A stretch of 17,470 nt of DNA from Acidobacteriota bacterium (GCA_036507075.1 DASXQR010000008.1:1-17470), one strand, 5' to 3'. Positions 1 through 8,392 are shown, counted from the stretch's first letter. Notes: generated by a model not told the origin, from the sequence alone. Made by a program: numbers and translations.

Positions 1-2
1 GG

Positions 3-854
3 ACGCTAGGCGGCCAGTCGCTGGAAACATCAATTATTTTGTCCAATCCAGGTCCATCAACGGCCGATGTGACGCTGCAAGGAATAAAAGTGGATGTGCC
101 GGAGCCACGGTCGTTCCAATTAGGGCCGGGGAAAACACGGCAGGTGACGTTCAAGGGTGATCCTTTGCAAGTCGGCGCCGTGCGCTTAATATCGACCGAG
201 GTGATCGCGGCGTCGGCTCACATTACGATTCGCCGAGGAGCGGGGGACATCATCTCGGAAATCGTGATATTGGGTCAACCGCTGACATCGAAGGCGGTAA
301 TCCCGGTGTTTGTAAAGACCGCATTGGCCGAGAATACCGCCATTGCGATCGTCTACAACCAAGGTGGATGTTACAGATTCACGTTACTCGATGCAGAAGG
401 GCGGGTTATCGGCACCAGGACCGAACCATTTGGCTTCAACCTTCAAAGGCCTTCGTCCAATCAGGCGGCCATGTTCGTCACGGAATTGTTCCCAAACATA
501 ACTTCAGAGCTCAACGGTTCACTCATTTTGGAGCACGTGGCCCCTTTGGACATCCCTCTCGGGTTTGCAATTTCTGCATTTTACGTGCATGGAAGTGCCC
601 TCTTGCCGGTCGCCGTGACGCCGATTGACAAATCCACACAGTATATCGTAACGCTTAGATCGAGTATAAATGCCGTGGAGCAGGCCAATGCACTGGCGAC
701 ACAGTATGGGTTCACCATTTTTCGGCCCCCCGTGGCGGATAACATAATCGGAGGCCTCATGACACACGAAGTGGCCCGTGCCGTTGCCAGAGACCAACGT
801 GTGTTAGGAGTAAGTCCTAACAATGCTGCCGCTGCAGGGTTTCCATGTAACTGA
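3..854 (+). CDS. 5'-partial protein: two uncharacterised beta-sandwich-type repeats plus a C-terminal peptidase inhibitor I9 (subtilisin propeptide)-like domain
   Basis: The frame is open from nt 3 (TLGGQSLETSIILSNPG), so the start lies outside the window. Repeat motifs: TSIILSNPG..ADVTL and TAIAIV..FTLLDAEG..AMFVTELFP..GSLIL. From ~633 it reads QYIVTL..ANALATQYG..MTHEVARAVARDQRVLGVSPN, which resembles I9. Confidence 0.7.
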   Translation, partial: TLGGQSLETSIILSNPGPSTADVTLQGIKVDVPEPRSFQLGPGKTRQVTFKGDPLQVGAVRLISTEVIAASAHITIRRGAGDIISEIVILGQPLTSKAVIPVFVKTALAENTAIAIVYNQGGCYRFTLLDAEGRVIGTRTEPFGFNLQRPSSNQAAMFVTELFPNITSELNGSLILEHVAPLDIPLGFAISAFYVHGSALLPVAVTPIDKSTQYIVTLRSSINAVEQANALATQYGFTIFRPPVADNIIGGLMTHEVARAVARDQRVLGVSPNNAAAAGFPCN

Positions 855-1221
855 TCATATTCCACAAGTAACAGCATTCGAACGCAATCGGCGGCCTCCG
901 GAAACAGGTTCTCACAGTTCCGCCCGCTTTCGATCAGCTTTTCAGTGTCCTTCGGAGAACACCTTGAAGGAAGAGTACAGGTACGCAACACCAATTAGGC
1001 GAATTGCGGCCGCTGCAAAACATCACCATCTGGAAAAAAGTTCAAACTCTGCTGCAATTAGCGAGTATCGCGGTGACAGGCATTTGCATGCGTTCTTCGA
1101 GATAGGAAAGGGCGAGCTGCTCTTGGCAGATACGACGGTCCGCCGGGGGGCGGACAAGAAACGATTACCTTCCCTAATTCCGAGAGGCTCGACGACTGGT
1201 TTAACTTTGGGAGCAAAATAT

Positions 1222-2744
1222 ATGCGAAAACGTTTGCATTATTTTCAGTAGTCATTCTCGTGTTTTGTCTTCGAGGACATGGCCAGTTAGGTGGCCCAGT
1301 ACTGCCCTCGAACCTCGATCCGAAAATCTTTGCCATACTCAGCGGCCCGAACGCCTTGTCAATTGCTCAATACTTCGGCTTGCCATTGCCCACACCTCAG
1401 CATATCAATGGAATATTAGGAGCCATAGTCGATCCCAGCGTGCTTTACACGTATCAGGTGACGAATGATTCACAAAAGGAGGTAGAACCTGCCGTTCTCT
1501 CATTAACGATAGGGGGAATCGATCACACCAGCAGTGTGTACATCCGGTACCCAAACGGTATTGTGCCGCGGCTCTTCTTCTCGCACTCAACTAACTTGGT
1601 GGACTGGTCGTCACCGCTGGAAATGCGGCGACCCCTTTTTGGATACACCCAATCAGTGGACTCGCTAATGGCTGCGAATATCTATACGAATGGAATCGCT
1701 CCGCTACGCCTCTATTGCGTAGGGTTGCTCAAGAACGACTATCTGCGTGATCCCTCCGCGATCACGGCATGGTACTCGGACGATGGTGGTCAGAGTTGGT
1801 CATACCCGACTACTGTCGACTCTAGAGGCGCTGGTGATTTTCTTCTGGATAAGCCTGCCATTGCCACCTCGCTGGCGCCCGATTCCCGCGGCTATGTACA
1901 CGTTTCGTATACGAATGCTTACACTCCAGAAGTTGGGAGAAACGAGATTGTTGCATCGCGGAGCACGGATGGCGGTATCACGTTTAGCGACACTCAGGTC
2001 CTAGCCACAGGAACACTCGGGGGATCCCAGGTACTGGTGCACCCGTACCTCGGAAATAATGTCTACGTGATTTGGCTCGATTATGCCAACGGTGTTATCA
2101 GAATGCGGCAGTCCAGTGATTACGGTGTACACTGGGGTGTAACAGTGGACGTAGCGACATTCAATCCGATGGTAATCGACCCACAAAATCAGGCCCTCGG
2201 AGTTGTTATTAATGGTCCAGTGCGGGCGCAGACCGTGCTTATGGCACGCTACAACAGTGTGGCTAACCGAATCTGCATCGTCTGGCATGAGCGGCAGAGC
2301 AGCTCACCTCCAAATAAGAACATCACAGACGTATACTATACTTCGAATCCAGGTGGCGTTTGGCAGGGTAAGGTACTCCTAAACGCTCAACTGCCCGGTG
2401 ATCCTGAGGACTACACGCGTAATGACCAATTCATGCCGGCACTCGATTTCGATACATCGGGTAACGTGCTGGTGACGTGGTACGACCGTAAGGATGATAG
2501 CGGGAATATCTTGTACCACCAGTACTTAACCTATGTGACGTCGGACGGTCTACGCTTACAGGCTCCAACACGTGTTAGTTCGTTCCAATCTAACCCTATG
2601 GCCGGCCCGCAGCCAGGATTTGTCGGTGACTACCAAGACGTTTGGGATTGGACCTTCAGCAGCGGTGAGAAATACCATAACGTCTGGGTCGGTATTCCTA
2701 CTAGCACGGATATTGCCAATATTTATGTCTCCGGTATTCATTAG
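1222..2744 (+). CDS. Asp-box (BNR) beta-propeller, sialidase-family-like exported protein, with a 1-nt frameshift in the signal peptide
   Basis: Asp boxes YSDDGGQSW, RSTDGGITF and QSSDYGVHW, plus DKPAIA, DQFMPAL, TWYDRK and FVGDY. GGAG at 1210-1213 precedes ATG 1222. Adding one A to AAAA 1227-1230 gives MRKTFALFSVVILVFCLRGHG-Q in frame with ORF 1260..2744. Confidence 0.8.
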
Positions 2745-2839
2745 CCAGCATACCCTGAGACTCTCTCGAGGACACGGCCAGCGTTCGAGATTTGTTTGTG
2801 TTAGCATCAATAAAGTGGCTTTGGAGGAGGTCAATCAAA

Positions 2840-3682
2840 ATGCGACGAGCAAATGCAGTGTGTGTTTTTGTCCTGGTCCTTTTCTATTCGATCATTGGGC
2901 GAGCTGAAGATACCGCCAAGATCGACATGGTTTTTCCTTTGGCTATTTCATCCCGTGCACTTGTCGAGACGAATCAATTTGGTGATCGCCTCTACGACGT
3001 GTTCGGCTGTGTGTTCACTATCATCAACCCCAATGCCGTCAGTACAATACTGAATTTACGGGCCTTTGATGCCAATGGTGTGGAGATAGGCCTGCCTGCT
3101 GGTCGAAACCAGATCGTTGTGAACCCCGGCACCGCTATGGAAGTTGCGGGTTTGAACCTCCGCGACAATTTTATTGGTTGGTTGCGCATAAGTGCAACCC
3201 TGCCGGTTATTGTTCAAGAGAGCATTGAGCACAGCCTCGTCAGCGATAATCCGAGTATCCCGCACATCACCAGTGTTCTCAAGTCACGCGTCACGAAGTA
3301 CTCGACGATGCCGGCACGACGCCAAGTGACAAAAGTGGCATTTAGTTTAGGAGTAACGCGTGCTCAGCAAACCGGTATCAGCATCGTATATCCAGCAAAT
3401 CCTACTGCACCTGCTGCCAAGGGCACGCTGATCTTACGTAACCAGGAGGGCGCTGTGCTAGGTCAACGCCTTTTGAGTCTGCCGCCCAATGGACAGGTCG
3501 TCGCGTTGTTTCAGGAGTTGTTTCCAGCGGTGGAATTCTCCACCATCTTTTCGGGTTCATTTCAAGTCAACTTTGATCAAAGCGTTGCCGTAACCGGCGT
3601 CCAGGTAACCCTCGATCGTGGACAAGAGATTTTGGAAGAGCCGGCAGGCGGCGCAATCCCTAATGACACTACGTCTCAGTAA
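2840..3682 (+). CDS. Exported hypothetical protein with two uncharacterised beta-sandwich repeats (same family as 3..854)
   Basis: GGAGGAGG 2823-2830 precedes ATG 2840. Signal peptide MRRANAVCVFVLVLFYSIIGRA. Motifs FTIINPN..LRAFDANG..GWLRISATLPV and TGISIV..LRNQEG..LSLPPNGQVVALFQELFP..FSGSFQV. Confidence 0.8.
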   Translation: MRRANAVCVFVLVLFYSIIGRAEDTAKIDMVFPLAISSRALVETNQFGDRLYDVFGCVFTIINPNAVSTILNLRAFDANGVEIGLPAGRNQIVVNPGTAMEVAGLNLRDNFIGWLRISATLPVIVQESIEHSLVSDNPSIPHITSVLKSRVTKYSTMPARRQVTKVAFSLGVTRAQQTGISIVYPANPTAPAAKGTLILRNQEGAVLGQRLLSLPPNGQVVALFQELFPAVEFSTIFSGSFQVNFDQSVAVTGVQVTLDRGQEILEEPAGGAIPNDTTSQ

Positions 3683-3749
3683 GAAAGAGGGCTGATGTCT
3701 GTCACGCATACGAAGCATAAATACCACAGCCAGATTTGAAAATCTGATT
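3681..3749 (+). repeat. Direct repeat, copy 1 (69 bp), containing the palindrome CAGATTT-GA-AAATCTG
   Basis: Aligns to 4380-4445 with 65 of 69 columns identical (1 substitution, 3 single-base gaps), read directly from the sequence. Confidence 0.95.
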
Positions 3750-4135
3750 ATTATCCCCACTGTAGTGAATAACTTGCCTTCGCCTGGTGGACAGAGATTT
3801 TTCACCGCCGTGACGCTCGTGAATCCGCAGGGTCTGCTTCCGCGAACTATTCCTGTGTCCGCGAACGTGAAGGCGACTCTGTTCGACGCTGCCGGCATAG
3901 AAATCGCGGGCACGGAGCTGAAGCTTGAAGCCGGCAGTCAGATCGCCCGGCTGCTGGGAAGTGAAGGCGCCGTTGCAGGCTTATTCTCCAAACCGATAAC
4001 TGTCCGTCAGGGTTACTGGTGGTGACTTCCGACGTGCCGATCGCCGGCAGCGCTCTGGTGTTCACCACCGACCTGAGCGAGTTGATCGCCGCAGGGCCAG
4101 AGTTATTGAAAAGCGGTACCGCGAAGAGCGCCTAG
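3699..4135 (+). pseudogene. 5'-truncated, frameshifted third paralog of the beta-sandwich domain family
   Basis: One frame reads RFENLIIIPTVVNN..FFTAVTLVNP..ATLFDAAG..LKLEAGSQIARLL..QGY. After a 1-nt loss near 4011-4017 it continues LVVTSDVPIAGSALVFTTDLSELIAAG..TAG (4133-4135). No signal peptide or RBS-supported in-frame start. Confidence 0.75.
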
Positions 4136-4174
4136 AACGCCGCTATTCCTAGCGCTCTTTGCGTGCTTTGCGGT
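4118..4174. repeat. Imperfect inverted repeat built from 9-nt units (REP-like hairpin) between convergent gene ends
   Basis: The left arm ACCGCGAAGAGCGCCTAGAACGC resembles the reverse complement of the right arm, ACCGCAAAGCACGCAAAGAGCGC. Confidence 0.55.
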
Positions 4175-4197
4175 GAAGAGTTTTTGAATAATCCGGG

Positions 4198-4377
4198 CTA
4201 ATAACCCTCGCCTCTGATTCTCGTCCGGAATTCCGCAGGAGAAATACCCAGGAACTTTTGAAAGTTTCTCTCAAGACTGCTCAGACTTCCAAAACCGCCT
4301 TGGAGCGCTATTTCTAAGATTGTCGATTTCTCATCCCGCAGTCGGATTCCGGATTTAAGCACGCGGTACCGGCAAAT
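4198..4377 (-). pseudogene. C-terminal remnant of an AraC/XylS-family regulator (second HTH only)
   Basis: ICRYRVLKSGIRLRDEKSTILEIALQGGFGSLSSLERNFQKFLGISPAEFR fits the AraC signature (I.EIA...GF.S.S.F.R.FKK..G.SP..FR). Similarity ends where repeat copy 2 begins. Confidence 0.8.
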
Positions 4378-4379
4378 GG

Positions 4380-4445
4380 AAGAAGAGGGCTGATGTCTGT
4401 CACGCATACGAAGCGTAAATACAAGCCAGATTTGAAAATCTGATT
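4380..4445 (+). repeat. Direct repeat, copy 2 (66 bp); the palindrome extends to 26 bp at 4422-4447
   Basis: Near-identical to 3681-3749. Arms CAAGCCAGATTT and AAATCTGATTTG are complementary at 10 of 12 positions around a central GA. Confidence 0.95.
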
Positions 4446-4684
4446 TGAGCGCGTACGGTTTTCTTGGTAGCAGGCCATCTGAGGTCACCCGTTGCAACCC
4501 AGCAGCCGCCATCCAGGCTTTGTAGCGCCAGGGCGGAGGGATCCACGCCCGTCCGGGGCTGCTGGGAAGCGTGCATTAGTCTATGGACCCGGCATGCTTC
4601 CCGCGGTAAAGTGATCAGGCATTCCAAACGACAACATTCCTAGATATGAGCGGTGCTTATCTTCTTCGCTCTTCCAGGAGGCGC

Positions 4685-7600
4685 ATGCGATCCAGGATCT
4701 TACCCATTGTGTTGTGCCTTTCTTTCTCCATTTGCCGGTTTGCCCAGGCGCAGGAATTTCGAGCGGCCGTTCTCGGGAAGATCAGCGATCAGCAGCACGC
4801 TGCGCTTCCGGGAGCCGCCATTGAACTGACCAATGCCGACTCGGGAATCGCGGTCAAGACGCTCAGCGACGACCAGGGAAACTACAGCCTGCCCTTCGTC
4901 AATCCGGGCCGCTATCGACTGTCGGCGGAGCTGCCGGGATTCAAGCGCGCCGTTCGCGACGGCATCACGCTGCAGGTGAATGATCGGGTCACGCTCGACC
5001 TGGTGCTGGAAGTCGGCGAAATCAGCAGCCAGGTGGTCGTGGTCGCCGAGACCCCGCTGGTCGACTCCGATTCGGGCAACGTCGGACAAGTCATAGACAA
5101 CGCCAAGGTCAACGAATACCCGCTCAACGGACGAAACGTGTTCATGCTCCTCGATCTGGCCACCGGCGTGCTTTTTACGCAGGAGACTTTCGGCAATACC
5201 GGTTTCTCCGGCACGCGCCCCTTTGACAATAACGGATCCTGGTCGGTCAATGGCAGCCAGACCAATACCAGTGAATTCCTGCTGGACGGCGCGCCCAACA
5301 GCGTGCGCGGACGCTACAACGTTGCGCCCACCGTGGACGCCATCCAGGAGTTCAAGGTGATGACCAGCTCTTACGACGCGCAATACGGAAGAACGGGCGG
5401 CGGCGTGATCAACATGTCCCTGAAATCAGGCACCAAGATCCTGCATGGAACGGTTTTTGAGTACCTGCGCAATTCGGTGCTGGACGCCAATAACTTTCAA
5501 AATAACCTGGTAGGCGCGCCCAAGAAGGGCCACCAGTTCAATAATTTCGGCTTTGTCCTGGACGGGCCGCTGCGCGTTCCGCGCCTCATTCCCAACGACA
5601 AGCGGACTTTCTTCATGTTCACGTATGAGGGAATTCGCGAGCGGATTCCCTTTCCCGTGTTCGCCACCGTTCCCACGCTGGAGCAGCGGCGCGGGGATTT
5701 TTCCAAAACGTTCAACCAGGGGCGCCAGGTGGTCATCTACGACCCGTTGACGACCCGCGGAAATACACGCGATCCTTTTGCGGGAAACATCATTCCACTG
5801 GATCGGATGAACCCGGTGGCGTTGAATCTGATGAAATTCATTCCACTGCCGAATCTGCCAGGAGACGCCGACAGCGGATTGAACAACCACTTCGCCACGC
5901 CGAACAACGGCTCCTATACATACAATTCCTATATCACGCGTATTGACCGGCAGATCAGCGATCGCAGCCGGTTGTTCTTCAGTTATGTCTTCAATCACCG
6001 CGATGAGCTGCGAAACAGCACCGGCCTTCCCGGCATCGTGCTGCGCGGCAACTGGCAGCAGGAGCGAACCAATAATGCCGCCGTCGCCGACTGGGTAACC
6101 ACGCTCAGCCCGAGAACAGTGCTGAACCTGCGGGCGTCGGCAAATCGCTTCATTGAAACCGATGACAAGCGCTCCGGGGACAACTTCGATATCTCGCAGC
6201 TCGGATTCAAAGGCGCCTTCTATAGTCTGGATACAGCGACCTACCCTCACTTGACCTTCGAGCAGTACACAGAAGCGGGTCCCGGCGCCAAGTATCGTTC
6301 TCCGGACAATACTTTCTCCTTTCAGGGCACATTGACGCGCAACCTGGGCCGGCATTACGTCAAAACGGGGGGCGAATTCCGTTATATCCAGAGCAACCGA
6401 ATCAATGCAGGCGAGGCGAACGGCCGTTTTGATTTCACGCGCGCCTTTACCCGGCGCGACCCCAACAACAGCGATGCGTTCAGCGGAAACTCGATTGCTT
6501 CTTTCCTGCTCGGCTATCCCGCTTCCGGCCAGGTGGACCAGAATGCCGCTCGAACCGAGCGCTGGAAGTACTGGGTGGGCTTTGTGCAGGATGACTTCAA
6601 GCTGCATCGCACCCTGACGCTCAATGTCGGTCTGCGTTTGGACTACGAGCAGCCGGTGACGGAGAAATATAATCGCATCAACAGCGGCTTCGATTTTACG
6701 GCCCGCAATCCGCTGCAGGATCAGGTCGACCCGAAATATGGACTGGATCTCCGCGGCGGCCTGCTGTTCGCCGGGGTCCAGGGCAGGCCTCGAGGCGGTT
6801 ACAATCCGGATGTCAACACGCTGCAGCCCAGAATCGGGTTTGCGTGGAAATTTCTTCGCAACACGGTCCTGCGCGGCGGCTACGGCCTGTACGTCCAGGG
6901 CAGCTCGCAACTGGATACCCAGGCGGGGTTCAGCCGGACCACTCCCTACATCGCCACGATTGATAATCAGAGACCTGCGCTGCAGTACAACACGCTGGAT
7001 AATCCGTTTCCCGGCGGCATTATTCCACCCTCGGGAAGTCGCGACGGCCTGTTGACCCTGGTGGGCTATGGCTTCAGTTTCGACAATCCCAATCGCAGAC
7101 TGCCGCGGACGCATACATTCTCGCTGGGCATCCAGCGCCAGTTGCCCTGGAAGATGATGATCGACACGTCCTATGTTGGCAGCCAAACATACAAGCTTGC
7201 CGCCTCCAGGAGCATCAACGAGATCTCGGCTGAGCAGTTTGTGCTGGGATCTTCGGTTCTTAACAGGCAAGTCCCGAATCCGTTCTGGGGCATTCTGCCG
7301 ATAAGCGCGCCCCTGGGACGCACGCCCACTGTGGCGCAGAGCCAACTGATGCGTCCCTATCCGCAGTTTCAGGGCATTACCATGAGCGCGCACAGCATCG
7401 GACACAGTTGGTACAACTCCCTGCAGGCGAGACTGGAAAAACGCATGGCGCACGGTCTGACGTTCATCAGCTCCTACACGTATGCCAAGAACTTGGAACG
7501 GATCGCGTTTTTGAGCGCCCAGAATCTGGGCCTTTCGCGCGAGCTGGCGGGGATCGACCGAACGCACCGGCTGGCGCTCAGCGGCCTGTGGCAGTTACCG

Positions 7601-8116
7601 TTCGGCCGCGGTCGCTGGATCGCACATGACGCGCGCGGCGTCGCCCAGGCGCTGATGGGCGGTTGGCAGCTCAACTGGATCGGAAATTTTCAATCGGGAG
7701 TGCCCACCTCGTATCCCTCCGGGGCCGAAATGACAGGAATCAGTCCCAGGCTGCCCAAAGGCCGCCAGACTCTGGACCGTTGGTTTGATAACAGGAAGGC
7801 AAGCAATCTTCAGGCGGCGCTGGACGCGGGAGTTCCATTTTACAATCGCCCGAGCAACGTCGTCCGCCGGATCCAGCTTCGCTTCCCGAACGTCCGAAAT
7901 CCCTATGCGCCGCAAATCAACATGTCGCTTTTCAAGAGCTTTCATGTTGCCGAGCGCGTGTCAGGCGAATTCCGCGTGGAAAGCTTCAATTTGACCAATA
8001 CTCCGATCTTCGCCGGGCCCAACACGGACATCAATTCCGCCAATTTCGGCAGGGTGACGCGCAGTCAAATCAACTTCCCGCGCCACGTCCAACTGGCGGC
8101 GAAGCTGAAGTTCTAG
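4685..8116 (+). CDS. TonB-dependent receptor (Oar-like) with N-terminal carboxypeptidase-regulatory-like domain
   Basis: AGGAGG precedes ATG 4685. Signal peptide ending AQA-Q. Motifs GKISDQ..LPGA, PGRYRLSAELPGFK, PLNGRN, DAIQEFKV..YDAQYGR, FVQDDFK, PRIGFAW. C-terminal Phe (KLKF). Confidence 0.95.
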   Translation: MRSRILPIVLCLSFSICRFAQAQEFRAAVLGKISDQQHAALPGAAIELTNADSGIAVKTLSDDQGNYSLPFVNPGRYRLSAELPGFKRAVRDGITLQVNDRVTLDLVLEVGEISSQVVVVAETPLVDSDSGNVGQVIDNAKVNEYPLNGRNVFMLLDLATGVLFTQETFGNTGFSGTRPFDNNGSWSVNGSQTNTSEFLLDGAPNSVRGRYNVAPTVDAIQEFKVMTSSYDAQYGRTGGGVINMSLKSGTKILHGTVFEYLRNSVLDANNFQNNLVGAPKKGHQFNNFGFVLDGPLRVPRLIPNDKRTFFMFTYEGIRERIPFPVFATVPTLEQRRGDFSKTFNQGRQVVIYDPLTTRGNTRDPFAGNIIPLDRMNPVALNLMKFIPLPNLPGDADSGLNNHFATPNNGSYTYNSYITRIDRQISDRSRLFFSYVFNHRDELRNSTGLPGIVLRGNWQQERTNNAAVADWVTTLSPRTVLNLRASANRFIETDDKRSGDNFDISQLGFKGAFYSLDTATYPHLTFEQYTEAGPGAKYRSPDNTFSFQGTLTRNLGRHYVKTGGEFRYIQSNRINAGEANGRFDFTRAFTRRDPNNSDAFSGNSIASFLLGYPASGQVDQNAARTERWKYWVGFVQDDFKLHRTLTLNVGLRLDYEQPVTEKYNRINSGFDFTARNPLQDQVDPKYGLDLRGGLLFAGVQGRPRGGYNPDVNTLQPRIGFAWKFLRNTVLRGGYGLYVQGSSQLDTQAGFSRTTPYIATIDNQRPALQYNTLDNPFPGGIIPPSGSRDGLLTLVGYGFSFDNPNRRLPRTHTFSLGIQRQLPWKMMIDTSYVGSQTYKLAASRSINEISAEQFVLGSSVLNRQVPNPFWGILPISAPLGRTPTVAQSQLMRPYPQFQGITMSAHSIGHSWYNSLQARLEKRMAHGLTFISSYTYAKNLERIAFLSAQNLGLSRELAGIDRTHRLALSGLWQLPFGRGRWIAHDARGVAQALMGGWQLNWIGNFQSGVPTSYPSGAEMTGISPRLPKGRQTLDRWFDNRKASNLQAALDAGVPFYNRPSNVVRRIQLRFPNVRNPYAPQINMSLFKSFHVAERVSGEFRVESFNLTNTPIFAGPNTDINSANFGRVTRSQINFPRHVQLAAKLKF

Positions 8117-8383
8117 CTCCCTGACGCCCGACCGAATGGTAGAGAAGACGGGTGAATGTTTGTGCCATTGAGCAAACCCACCTGCTCTTCAACTGCACAA
8201 CCGGGTTGCCGAGGAATTTACGAAGAAAAAAATGGGACCGCTTGCGCGATCAGAAAAGAGTGGAGAATGCCTGACTGTGGGTGCCTCGGCACCCGCGGCT
8301 ACCATCATTGGCCTGCTTCCCGGACATGGGATGGCTAACCTGGACCAGATGGGACAAGAGATAAGGTCCAGTCCTGAAGGAAC

Positions 8384-8392
8384 TGTTATAAT
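8384..8392 (+). promoter_or_regulatory. Extended -10 promoter element (TGnTATAAT) upstream of the second TBDR
   Basis: Perfect TG-T-TATAAT about 140 nt upstream of ATG 8534, in a 417-bp intergenic gap. No consensus -35. Confidence 0.6.

Noticed and set aside
823..1251. 142-aa ORF as a real gene
   Set aside because: No motif or RBS. It overlaps the upstream gene, and its end is the out-of-frame start of the propeller gene.
3681..4445. Direct repeat as a CRISPR array
   Set aside because: Only two units, repeat ~67 bp and spacer 630 bp, far outside CRISPR ranges. No cas genes in the window.
855..4445. Integron cassette array (attC sites between co-oriented genes)
   Set aside because: I could not find paired RYYYAAC/GTTRRRY boxes with attC-like symmetry after the gene ends, and there is no IntI.
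4198..4512. 104-aa ORF as an intact AraC regulator
   Set aside because: The N-terminal ~45 aa translate the repeat and non-coding DNA. The first HTH and the sensor domain are absent.
4446..4684. Cobalamin or TPP riboswitch before the TBDR
   Set aside because: GGGAAG is present, but the other cobalamin elements (GCCACTG, CCCGCAACTGT) and the TPP CTGAGA core were not found.
5426..7567. 713-aa minus-strand ORF, and other antisense ORFs inside the TBDR, TPR and GH13 genes
   Set aside because: Shadow frames antisense to well-supported GC-rich genes, with no recognisable motifs.
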